Shown here in pieces: positions 38,111 to 47,008 of a DNA stretch of 64,000 nt (within the stretch, counting starts at the first letter, position 1; each line of letters begins with the position of its first letter). The stretch is from Candidatus Calditenuis fumarioli. Its GTDB lineage: Archaea > Thermoproteota > Nitrososphaeria_A > Caldarchaeales > Calditenuaceae. The stretch lies in contig JANVYR010000001.1 of the NCBI GenBank assembly GCA_030059665.1, forward strand, positions 288,001-352,000. Direction: 5' to 3'. A program made the position numbers and the translations under genes. The notes beneath the pieces were generated by a model, which worked only from the letters and a program-made list of their open reading frames with translations, searched no databases and was not told the origin of the DNA.

Positions 38111-38458
38111 TCAATCTATCGGTATTGGGGGGATGGGTTCGTCCCCCCAATACATCTGGTCTTCGTCCTCTACCCACCCTTCCTCGTCTTCCTCCCATTC
38201 CTCTTCGAATTCTTCCTCCTCCCATTCATCCTCGAAGTCCTCTTCCTCCTCCCACTCCTCTTCTTCCCATTCCGCCTTGAAGGTCGTCTGTTTCGTTTCC
38301 TCGTAGCTGATGTATGTCAATTGGATATACCTCGTCCTGAATCTGCGCCTCCTGGGCTTTGTCCTCAGCATTGTAGAGCATAGCGGGCATCGAACGTCGT
38401 CTGTTTCGATGAACTGTTGGCATCTGCTGCAGAATCGGCGGTTGTCGCCGTATCTCAA
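38111..38458 (-). CDS. Zn-ribbon protein with acidic Trp-rich tail
   Basis: TTG at 38458 after a purine-rich SD; CSRC...CPLC then EWEEEEWEEEEDFEDEWEEEEFEEEW. Confidence 0.65.
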   Translation of the reverse strand: MRYGDNRRFCSRCQQFIETDDVRCPLCSTMLRTKPRRRRFRTRYIQLTYISYEETKQTTFKAEWEEEEWEEEEDFEDEWEEEEFEEEWEEDEEGWVEDEDQMYWGDEPIPPIPID

Positions 38459-38872
38459 AGCTCTTCCCCCTCCCCTGATGGCTAACCCCCCGTCATAGGC
38501 CCCCGGGCCAGGGACCGTGATGGGTGGGGCATGGGACCCAGTCGTCGTTCGTCCGGGGAGCCCAACCCCCGGCGGGTCGGCTCGTCGGTCGTCCACAACC
38601 CTGCCTGCACCCGAGGGGACGCCGCCCTTCCCCCCGGGGAGGCTCCTCCTACCGGGCATGTTCCCACCCGGAGAAGAGACGCCCCCACCGGGACCCCGAG
38701 GAGTGGAAACTCCCCGGGGCGTTCGACAGGCGAATCCCCGGGAATGCTCCCGGGGTTGGACTCTCCCCTCGGGACCCCCAACCCGAGCCACCAGGCCCGG
38801 GCTGGGGGCCCGAGCCCGGTGGCTTAAAAAATGATCAAACGGGTTGGGGGTTGTCGTCGTTCTGTCGGTAAA

Positions 38873-38959
38873 TCAGCCGAGGCTTCTGATGAGCAGCGGC
38901 AACAGTAGTGCCATCACCAGTAGTATTATCGGAGGTAGCAGGTCTATCGGCCACATCAT
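38873..38959 (-). CDS. 28-aa hydrophobic micropeptide
   Basis: MMWPIDLLPPIILLVMALLLPLLIRSLG*, a single TM-like helix below the ORF-track cutoff. Confidence 0.4.
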   Translation of the reverse strand: MMWPIDLLPPIILLVMALLLPLLIRSLG

Positions 38960-39450
38960 CCCTTGCTTCCTAACGACCGCCCGCAGTTGTTTACCGCATC
39001 TCGAACAGCGTAGCGTCTTGGTACCATCTTTGCACTCCTCGCGGGCCTCTTCCCGCTCCTCCCGCTCCTCGATCTCCCGGGCCCCTGCCCGAGTGTCATG
39101 ACCGCTTCATCCCGGAGGTCGCCGCCCGAAACCTACGGCATAGGGGCCTTTCGGGCCTTCCCTCCTTCATGACACTCCCCGGGCTCCTCCGGGATTACCT
39201 GACTACGGGTTCCCCGGCGCAAGCCGGGTCCCGTCCCTCCCGGAGGCCCCCACCTCCCCCTCAGGGGCAAACCCCCGGGGGAGGAAAGGAGCCTCCCCCG
39301 GAGGCCGCCCTCAAGGGGTCATTGATGGGGAAGCAAAAAATGGAGGGAAATGGTTTACGGGAGGAGCGGAGTCGTGGGATTATCGAGGATCATCTGAGGT
39401 CGTCGGACGGTGCGTGGCCTCGTCGCCCTACCTCGTCCCCATCCCCGGGC

Positions 39451-39711
39451 TCATATGAACCCGAGGAGGAGCGGGACGACGAGGTGGGTGAACACCAACG
39501 CCAGAACGCCGCCTATCGCCAGCCTGATTCCGTACCCCTCCTGGCGGAAACCGATCGCCAGGAGGAGTCCGCCGAGGATCATCGCTATACCAAGCGCGTC
39601 GATGATCGGCGTCGCCACCTCGAACAGCGTCAACATCACCTGTTTGATGACTTGAGCAACCTTGCTGCCCACCTCGCTGGCCGAGATCAGAGCCGTGACC
39701 AGGGAGATCAT
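39451..39711 (-). CDS. Small two-helix membrane protein (VirB2/TrbC pilin-like or viral capsid-like)
   Basis: N-terminal leader-like segment, then PIIDALGIAMILGGLLLAIG-FRQEGYGIR-LAIGGVLALVFTHLVVPLLLGFI. Confidence 0.6.
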   Translation of the reverse strand: MISLVTALISASEVGSKVAQVIKQVMLTLFEVATPIIDALGIAMILGGLLLAIGFRQEGYGIRLAIGGVLALVFTHLVVPLLLGFI

Positions 39712-40002
39712 CGGTCCCCCACCCCCACCCCTCGCCACCGCACGGTCCAGGGGCCTTCTTCGCCTCTCCCGCGTGCCGGACCACGCGGGGTCGGGCTCCG
39801 GCCCCCTTCACTCCGTGGGCTGGCTCGGGGCACGGTAATCGCCCCGACTCCCTTCGACGGGAGGACAAGTAGGGGAAAGAAAGGGGGTGAGGTTGCGCTT
39901 GCATCGATCATCAGCTGGAGTCTTCATCCTCGGCTTTGAGCGTCGGTGGCCACCGGCCCGGACTCTCCCGGTCGGAGGGACGCGGGCTTGGCGAGCTGGG
40001 GG

Positions 40003-41592
40003 TTATTCGCCCCAGCCTGCGACCGTCGTGTCCCTCCTTGTCAGTGGGGTCACCTTCATTACCCACCCCGGCCTAGACCACCCTGAGCGGGTGGGGTGGT
40101 CTGGCTCGGGGCGGGTTCGGGTGTCCCCGCCTCCGCGCCAAGCCTGTTCTTCATCCCCACCCTCTCGGGGTCCAGGCCGGGGCTTCGTCTTCGAGTATTG
40201 CAGCGGATTCCTGATCCCCTTAGGACACAGCTTACCGTCCTCTATGCAGAGTCCGTGGGCCTTCATCGTCTGGCAAGAGGGCGGTTTGTATTTTATCCGA
40301 GATCCCCTCTCGCCGGCGATATGCTCTATCTGGTACCTGGCTATCTTCTCGTCGAAGTCAGGCCTCTCCTGTAGCATCGCCAATATGTCCTCCTTGGAGT
40401 ACCCACGGTTTATCATGAAGGCCGTTATCGAGAACAGCTCCGCATGCGATGCCTCAGAAATCCTCGCCCTTATCGCCTTCATGCACGGCGGCCAGTCCTC
40501 GCTCGTCGTCTCCGTCGTCTCAACGTACCGGCTTCTTACCCTTATCAGCTCTTTGAGTGTGTCCTCCGCGGCCTCACGGAGAACGTCGGGTAGTAAATTA
40601 ATCTTCGGCCTTACTCCCTCGAATCTGGCGAACGCCTCGGCGATCCTCTCCCTCGCCAGCCGGGCCAGCTCCGCCTTCGTGAGATGAACATAGCCTCTGT
40701 GCACCGTCCGGTTTACGAGGCGCCACTCGGGGTTCCGCAAAAGGTTCCTCGCGGCCGTCAAGTAGTCAGCCAGCGGAACCTTGTAGTCGTAGCCCTCGAT
40801 CTCCGAGGGCTCGGCGTCCAGTTTCGTCCTCCTTATCAGTTCCCTGAACGTCTCCTCGTCCTCGGCCAGCATCTGCCGCTCTATTCGGGAGGCCTCGGCG
40901 AGCGCCCAGCGCTTCAGCAACCAATCGTCGTTAATAGCTAAGCAGATCACCTTTGCGACGATGAAGCTCAGCGCCTCGGTAAGGGGATCGTCCAGAGACT
41001 GGACGATCCCCCGCTCCCCGCGTTGTAACGCGTCGATTAACCTCTCTTTTGCTCTTGTCGCTGTCGCCTCGTCGACGTCGGCGACGTTCCAGGCTTCGAT
41101 TAATTGGCGGTATTCGTCCAAATATTGGAATTTGCTGAGCGTTTGAAGGGTGATAACTAGACCCCTCGGTTTAACCGTCTCCTGCCGCGCTTCCTTTTCT
41201 TCCTTTTGCGCTACCTCTTCGGACTTCGACGCTAACAGCTTTCGTCTCAAAATCTCGATCGCCTCGTCGTCCAGCTCCGCTAGGACCTGCTCGACCTTCT
41301 GCCTTCTCATCTCTTCAAACTCCTCCTCGTTCGGTTCTCTCGGCCTATCCCATCGATACATGGGATAGGCCCGTTTGAAGCTCTCCAGAAGCTCGTCGTA
41401 GGTCAGCGACGGGTCGTAGTGACCCAACCAGTCGATCTCTAGTGGGTCGGCGCGGGGGTTGAACTCCATGAAACGCCTTATCAATGCCCTCAGCGTTACG
41501 TAGTCCGACTTGCCGTACCTGTCGTAGATCTGTCTGTGGACTCTCTTCGTGACCTCCTCAAGGATTTCCTCATCGACCGTCATCCGAACCAC
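40003..41592 (-). CDS. PriL-like primase large subunit with extra N-terminal domain
   Basis: WALAEASR, WRLVNRTVHRGYVHL, WPPCMKAI, PDFDEKIARYQIEHIAG, YKPPSCQTMKAHGLC, NPLQY. Confidence 0.85.
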   Translation of the reverse strand: MVRMTVDEEILEEVTKRVHRQIYDRYGKSDYVTLRALIRRFMEFNPRADPLEIDWLGHYDPSLTYDELLESFKRAYPMYRWDRPREPNEEEFEEMRRQKVEQVLAELDDEAIEILRRKLLASKSEEVAQKEEKEARQETVKPRGLVITLQTLSKFQYLDEYRQLIEAWNVADVDEATATRAKERLIDALQRGERGIVQSLDDPLTEALSFIVAKVICLAINDDWLLKRWALAEASRIERQMLAEDEETFRELIRRTKLDAEPSEIEGYDYKVPLADYLTAARNLLRNPEWRLVNRTVHRGYVHLTKAELARLARERIAEAFARFEGVRPKINLLPDVLREAAEDTLKELIRVRSRYVETTETTSEDWPPCMKAIRARISEASHAELFSITAFMINRGYSKEDILAMLQERPDFDEKIARYQIEHIAGERGSRIKYKPPSCQTMKAHGLCIEDGKLCPKGIRNPLQYSKTKPRPGPREGGDEEQAWRGGGDTRTRPEPDHPTRSGWSRPGWVMKVTPLTRRDTTVAGWGE

Positions 41593-41734
41593 CTCTCGAG
41601 GAGCATCGGTACGTCAGTAACCGCTACCGTCCCCTCCACCCTCTCCCGGAACCCTCGCGGCCCCTCCTCCGGGCTCTCGCCCGGGCCCCTCGCCCAAAGG
41701 GCGGGGTATGTACCCACCACGGGGTAAATCGGGG

Positions 41735-43420
41735 CTATCGCGGCAGGAGAGGGAGGAGCTTCCGGTAGCGATCATCCACGAGGAGAACCAGAGCGTTATC
41801 TTCGGGACCCCTGATCGCCCTCCCGGCGGCCTGAACCGCGGAGTAGACCGCAGGGAGGACGAGGCCGTGGAGCCTCGCAGAATCCTCGTCCCCTAACAGC
41901 TCCTTCAGTCTCCTCAGCAGCTTCTCCCTCCTCGGCGTGGGTGCGGCGAAAGGCACCCCTATCAGCAGCACGAGCTCAGCAGATAGGTCAATCCCTTCGG
42001 CGAGCCTGCCGTTGAAGACGCTGACCAGCGCTTTGGAGTCCATCTCGAAGGCTCTGGCGACCGCTTCAACCTCCTCCTGCGTCATACCTTGCTTCTCGGC
42101 CAGGACCTCTGCCTCGGCCCTTTTCAGCACCTCCTCGAGGACCTCGTGGCTCGGCAGGAAGACGAGGGACCTCCTCCCTGCTACGAGCTTCAGCAGCCAG
42201 GCGGCGTCCGAGTAGAGCTTCTCGTCCCGTTTCTCGAACTTCGTCGTCAAACCCTTCACCACGGCCGCGCTCAGGTTGTCTCCGAATGGCCATCCGGCCC
42301 TCAGCAACGTCATCTCCCGGCCTACCAGCCTTTCCAGAAGCTCCGCGTTGACCGTCGCGCTCATCGTGACCGTCGCCCTCCACTTGTCGTAGACGGCCTC
42401 GAGCACTTCTTTGGGGTCAGCCATAGCCTCCAGCCTCAGGGACCTCCCCTCCCTCACCAGTAGGGGTCTGGAGCCCCCGAGGCTCGCCTTGAAGTCGGCT
42501 ACCGTAAGCACATGGCTCGCCGGAGCGAGGTTCTCCCTAAGCTTAAGCTCCTGTATCTCGAAGCCCGCCTCTCGGAGCTCCGTGTAAGACGGTAATACGT
42601 CATCGACCTCCGCTTCGCCGTCTCCGGGAAGCAATGACTCGTAGTGGTTGGCGGCCCTCTCAAGCTCTGATGAGATCTCGTTAAACCCGTACTTCCTTGC
42701 CTCCCTTGCCGCCCGCTTCAGCGTCCTCAGACTGATGGAGTCCTTGACCATCGACAGCGCCTCACTGACAACGTGCTGTGCCTCGTCCAGAACCAGTATC
42801 GTCCTCTCCTTCGACCAGCGCCATTTGGCCAGAAGCCATCCGAGGAATCCGAGTTGCCTGTGGGTAGCGACCAACCCCCGTGCGGTCGGCATCGAGATAG
42901 TGAGTACCTCATAGGGGCACGTCAACGTCCTCCGTCCCAAGTCCTTGAGTTCGCTGACCGTCATCGGCCTCCCCACCGCCCGAGGTTTCCCGGGCCAGTA
43001 GGGGCATCTGTGGGCGTATCTGGTCGCCCTGCACGCGGCGTTGAACCGTCTCTGATCTATTTGGGCTATTACCTCGTGAAGACACAGTAGCTTCCTCCCG
43101 AAGAGCGGCAGCATGCCGGTTTCCAGCGAGACATGTCTAACTTGCGAAGCAGTCCTCGTAAGCCAAAGCACCCTCAGATTGTTCTCCTCCGCGTACTTGG
43201 CTACGGCGGCGTAGACCGCGGCGGTCTTACCCAGACCGGTGGGCGCCTCGACGACCACGTCCCTGTTGCCGTCGCTCAGCAGTTCGTAGAGCCTGTTGGC
43301 GAGGTCGGCTTGGTATTTCCTCGTCGTCGGATGCGGGAAGTGCCTCTTCAACGCAGCCGTCAGCTGGACGTCCTCTTCGAGGTCAACCACCCTGACCTTC
43401 CCCGGCTGGGGGATAGACAC
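41735..43420 (-). CDS. XPD/Rad3/DinG-like SF2 helicase
   Basis: VEAPTGLGKT, four-Cys Fe-S region, LDEAQH, MSAT, VFLPS, AEGIDL, QAAGRAIR. Confidence 0.88.
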   Translation of the reverse strand: MSIPQPGKVRVVDLEEDVQLTAALKRHFPHPTTRKYQADLANRLYELLSDGNRDVVVEAPTGLGKTAAVYAAVAKYAEENNLRVLWLTRTASQVRHVSLETGMLPLFGRKLLCLHEVIAQIDQRRFNAACRATRYAHRCPYWPGKPRAVGRPMTVSELKDLGRRTLTCPYEVLTISMPTARGLVATHRQLGFLGWLLAKWRWSKERTILVLDEAQHVVSEALSMVKDSISLRTLKRAAREARKYGFNEISSELERAANHYESLLPGDGEAEVDDVLPSYTELREAGFEIQELKLRENLAPASHVLTVADFKASLGGSRPLLVREGRSLRLEAMADPKEVLEAVYDKWRATVTMSATVNAELLERLVGREMTLLRAGWPFGDNLSAAVVKGLTTKFEKRDEKLYSDAAWLLKLVAGRRSLVFLPSHEVLEEVLKRAEAEVLAEKQGMTQEEVEAVARAFEMDSKALVSVFNGRLAEGIDLSAELVLLIGVPFAAPTPRREKLLRRLKELLGDEDSARLHGLVLPAVYSAVQAAGRAIRGPEDNALVLLVDDRYRKLLPLLPR

Positions 43421-43509
43421 AGGGCAGGGGCCTTAGCCCCTGCTAGCCCACTCGGCGCTCCCCTCCAAAGGAGGGTGCGTTTATCCCGCCAGCCTATGGG
43501 GGTCTCACC

Positions 43510-43752
43510 TCACAGGTATCCGAAAATCTTTAGCAGTATCGCGCTGATCAACGTCGTCACCCACAGCCAGAAATAGCGATCTATCCGCGACTCGAGCCTT
43601 TCGAACCTCCTGTCTATGTTCTCCAGTATCTTCCTGTGCTCCTCGACGATCACCTCGAGCTTTGCGATCCTCTCAGCCAACTCCATCACCATTCGTGTAA
43701 GCTCCTCCGGCGTTAATGGGTCTCCGGCCTGATTTATCTCTTCTGACCTCAC
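43510..43752 (-). CDS. Small coiled-coil protein with C-terminal TM helix
   Basis: Heptad ENIDRRFERLESRIDRY then FWLWVTTLISAILLKIF, an architecture common in archaeal MGEs. Start overlaps the upstream stop. Confidence 0.65.
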   Translation of the reverse strand: MRSEEINQAGDPLTPEELTRMVMELAERIAKLEVIVEEHRKILENIDRRFERLESRIDRYFWLWVTTLISAILLKIFGYL

Positions 43753-44480
43753 CTGCCATCACCCCTGTGAGACTCGTAGTGCTTCTTCAGCTCCTCCTCA
43801 GAGGGGCAGAGGAGGCCGCAGCTGGGGCAGAAGTAACCCTGTCCCGTGCTGACGACCTCCCCCACCCCCCGGAGGAATGTCCACTCCCATCTGCATGACG
43901 CCGGATGCTTCTCAGCGACGTGCGCCGTTGCTTCAGCTAGGGTCCCGAACCCTGCCCCGCAGTAGGGGCAGAGCCAGGACCCGTCCTTGTTCTCGAAGAA
44001 CGTCTTCAGCTCCCCCACCCAGGCCACCTTGACCCGGGCGGGGGTGGTCTCGTCAACGTCGGCCGGGTGCCTCCCTCCCAGCCAGCCCCGTCTTATGACG
44101 ACGGGGCGGGCCGAAAGGGAGTACCTCTCCAGAACGTCGGCACACCCTTTGCAGAGGGGCCCTGCGTATGAGGGCAGGGCCGCGGGAGCCCCGCACCTCG
44201 CGCAGAACCCCTCTACCCTTTTCGATTCGGCGGGTACCTCATCGACCTTTGGCTTGCACTCCGCCTGCTTCAGCTTCAGGGCCTCCGTGAGCTTGGCCGA
44301 CGCTCCGCAGCGTGTGCATCGTAGCATGCTGATCGCCTCGCCCGGCACAACCACTTCTTCGACCTCGTGCTCCCCGAGGGGGAAGGTCCTGTGCCTCTCT
44401 CCCTCAGGGGTTTCGACTTGTTCCTTTTGCACCTTCGTCTCCTCTTCCTCGAACCTTTCCTCTTCCTCCTCGAGCCCCAA
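43749..44480 (-). CDS. Multi-zinc-finger protein (CxxC ribbons and C2H2 fingers)
   Basis: CTRC, CARC, CKGC, CPYC..HVAEKH, CPSC..LKKHYESH. The frame stays open about 59 codons upstream of the TTG. Confidence 0.7.
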   Translation of the reverse strand: MGLEEEEERFEEEETKVQKEQVETPEGERHRTFPLGEHEVEEVVVPGEAISMLRCTRCGASAKLTEALKLKQAECKPKVDEVPAESKRVEGFCARCGAPAALPSYAGPLCKGCADVLERYSLSARPVVIRRGWLGGRHPADVDETTPARVKVAWVGELKTFFENKDGSWLCPYCGAGFGTLAEATAHVAEKHPASCRWEWTFLRGVGEVVSTGQGYFCPSCGLLCPSEEELKKHYESHRGDGR

Positions 44481-44587
44481 CCCCTCGACCCCCTGCTCAG
44501 GGGCCTCGGAGAGGGGCTCCTCGGACTCGACGTCCTCCTCCAGTCTCAGCTCGACCCTCCCGGGGCCTGCCTCCGACCGCCGCTCGA

Positions 44588-46276
44588 TTACACGAAAACC
44601 CCTCCCCCTCTCGCGGCGATCAGGGCAGACCCTTTCGGGGTCTCCTCTTCGACCTTCTCAGCCTCCTCAACAGTCACCTCCTCTCCCTCTTCGGTCTCCT
44701 CCTCGACAGTCATCTCAGCCCCCTCCTCGGCTTTCCCCCACGGAAGGCGCCACGGGATTGGCCACGTCCCCGTTGCCGTGCGGACCAATAGTAGTGACGC
44801 CGTCCCGCGGCTGGGGGCCTCGGAGGGAGTGGTTGGAGTGCTGACATCGGCTTCCTCTTCGAAGTCTTCGTCTTCCTCCAGCTTCAGCTCCACGGAGCCT
44901 GTAGGCTCCGGGGGCTGGGCGGGCTCCCCACCTTTTTCAGCCTCCTCGACCCGCCCCTCGACCTCAACCCCCTCCGGCAGGGAGGGGGTGGGGGTCTCTG
45001 GAGCGGACACCTCTCCCTCCTCGACCTCCTCACCTTGCTCCTCAGCCCTTACTTCCTCAGTTACTGTTGGCTTCGTGAGCATAAGCTTGATCGGCTTAGG
45101 TTTCGGTAATCGTCTTAGATGGAGTCTGCGGTGATCGTAGATGATAAGCTTCGCCTTAATCAGCTTCTTCCACATCTTCTCCGCCTCCTCGAGGCTCGCC
45201 CTGAAGAGGAACCTCTCTAGGACGAACCTCGGGAGGCTGTCGGGGGAAGTGACGACGATAGCTCCCACGTCTTTCGTTATTGCTATCGGCATCAGCTCGG
45301 GATCGGGGCATATTAGAACCACCCCGACCCCAAAACCTCTCAACTCATAGACGATCCGCTCTCCTACCGTCGGTGGTTCGTCAGGAGTTCTCGGCCTGAT
45401 GTAGTTCTGCGCCTCCTCAGCAACTATCAACTCTCCCAGCCTCGCCTTTAGCCCCCCTTTCAGCGCGTCCTTGTACTTCCTCACTAGGATCGCGATCGCA
45501 TATGCAGACTTCAGGTATACTGAGGGGAGTTGGCTGAGGTCGTAGACGACGACGGAGTCGCTTCCTCTGACGTTCACCGCAGGCCTCTCCTCGTCTATCA
45601 GCAACACGTAAAGCCTCCGGATAAGCGCCAGGTACATGTTGGCTTCAGCGTATCTCCTTTCGATGCTCGCGAGGTCGGCGGCCCTCGTCAGCTCGCGTAT
45701 TACTTCGGACGTCGTCGGAATCCCCTTCTCGTAGAGTTTGACCATGGTCCTCAGCAGAAGCGTCGCGCTCGCCGGCGACACCTCCGCCACGTCTTTGCTC
45801 ATCTCGCGTATCATCTCCACGGCGTAAAGCGCCTTCTCCTCCGCAGTTTCTCCGGGGACGTCCCAGATATTGATCTTCCTTACCACAGACGCTCCCTTGA
45901 GGTAGGAAACGTACTCGCCCTTCCAGTCGATGACCGTCATTTTGATCCCCTTTTTGACCGCCTTAGCAATTACCTCCTTCGCAACCGTGGTCTTCCCCGA
46001 CCCCGTCGGCCCCAGCACGACCATGTGTCGTGCCAAGGCCGACAGGGGCACCACCCCCAGCACCCTCCTAGCCCTCAATGCCCGGAGGAAGAGGAGGGCA
46101 GGGGTGATGGTCGTTATCGCCGCGATCGCTGCGATTGTTGCGATTGGTACTACATTGACCCTCGGCAGTAGCTCGGGTACCCCTTGGACGATTCCGTACT
46201 TCGCCCAGTCCCTCATACCCTCCTGTACCACGTGCAGGAGGGCAAGGGGAACGTCTATCTCGTAGACGGCGACCAC
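44588..46276 (-). CDS. Membrane-anchored HerA/VirB4/VirD4-like ATPase with acidic tail
   Basis: N-terminal hydrophobic helix, HMVVLGPTGSGKT, IDWKGEY, AEEAQNY, ELRGFGVGVVL; about 130 aa of E/P-rich tail. Confidence 0.8.
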   Translation of the reverse strand: MVAVYEIDVPLALLHVVQEGMRDWAKYGIVQGVPELLPRVNVVPIATIAAIAAITTITPALLFLRALRARRVLGVVPLSALARHMVVLGPTGSGKTTVAKEVIAKAVKKGIKMTVIDWKGEYVSYLKGASVVRKINIWDVPGETAEEKALYAVEMIREMSKDVAEVSPASATLLLRTMVKLYEKGIPTTSEVIRELTRAADLASIERRYAEANMYLALIRRLYVLLIDEERPAVNVRGSDSVVVYDLSQLPSVYLKSAYAIAILVRKYKDALKGGLKARLGELIVAEEAQNYIRPRTPDEPPTVGERIVYELRGFGVGVVLICPDPELMPIAITKDVGAIVVTSPDSLPRFVLERFLFRASLEEAEKMWKKLIKAKLIIYDHRRLHLRRLPKPKPIKLMLTKPTVTEEVRAEEQGEEVEEGEVSAPETPTPSLPEGVEVEGRVEEAEKGGEPAQPPEPTGSVELKLEEDEDFEEEADVSTPTTPSEAPSRGTASLLLVRTATGTWPIPWRLPWGKAEEGAEMTVEEETEEGEEVTVEEAEKVEEETPKGSALIAARGGGVFV

Positions 46277-46366
46277 CTCCGTTACATACCCAGCCTCGGC
46301 TACTACAGGATACCGGAAATCGACGTCCCGCTCGATTACCTGCTATCGAGGATAAAGGGTAGCGGG

Positions 46367-46969
46367 ATGGATACGGAGAGCATCGACCACGTCTATGATT
46401 ATTTCGGCAACAGGAGGATCCTGATCGAGGTCCCGGAGGAGGAGATAGAGAGGGAGATGGAGCAGAACAGGCTCAGGAAAGAATGGGAAGCCAAGATCGC
46501 CGAAAGACTCCAGAAGTGCACGCTCCTCTGGCAAAGCGATAAGGTGCGGGCCTACCTGCTCGACGACGAGGAGCTCGCCGGGGTGTTTTTAGATGCGGTA
46601 AGCGTTCAGATGGTGAAGGATCTGGGCAGACTCATCGTTATCGCCGGGCCATATTTTGACGAGCCATACAGGGTCGCCTCCCTGAGCATCCATATGCCGA
46701 CCAAGGTCCTCGCCGCGAAATCTTTGCTTGAGAGGAGAGGAGTTCCGGGAACTCTCACGGTAAAGAACGAGGGGGTGCCGGGACCGAAATACCTGATCAG
46801 GCTTACCTTTAGACACCTCGACCCGCTCGGATACTGCACGCTCTACCTCGATCCGGACAAGAAATGCGTAGAGATGGCACCCAAGGCGAGGGTCATCTAC
46901 GAGGACGGGAAGCTCGTGCTGATAGACGACGAAGCGGTGGAGGAGCTGATGAGGGAGAGGGGAGCTTAG
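46367..46969 (+). CDS. Hypothetical protein
   Basis: Globular-looking distal part of ORF 46184-46969; no family recognised. Confidence 0.55.
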   Translation: MDTESIDHVYDYFGNRRILIEVPEEEIEREMEQNRLRKEWEAKIAERLQKCTLLWQSDKVRAYLLDDEELAGVFLDAVSVQMVKDLGRLIVIAGPYFDEPYRVASLSIHMPTKVLAAKSLLERRGVPGTLTVKNEGVPGPKYLIRLTFRHLDPLGYCTLYLDPDKKCVEMAPKARVIYEDGKLVLIDDEAVEELMRERGA

Positions 46970-46979
46970 GCCCAGCCCG

Positions 46980-47008
46980 TATTTATTCCTCGTTTCAGTT
47001 TTTATTTC
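46980..47008 (+). terminator. T-rich tract (possible terminator and/or promoter of the PCNA-like gene)
   Basis: ATTTATTCCTCGTTTCAGTTTTTATTT directly after stop 46969. Confidence 0.3.

Noticed and set aside
38690-38830. RNase P-like words (GGAAACTCC, GGCTTA, GAGAGTCC)
   Set aside because: Order and spacing do not fit the RNase P conserved regions; GGAAACTCC is just a GNRA hairpin.
39110-39150. Hammerhead-like CGAAAC plus stem
   Set aside because: No CUGANGA core and no UH cleavage triplet.
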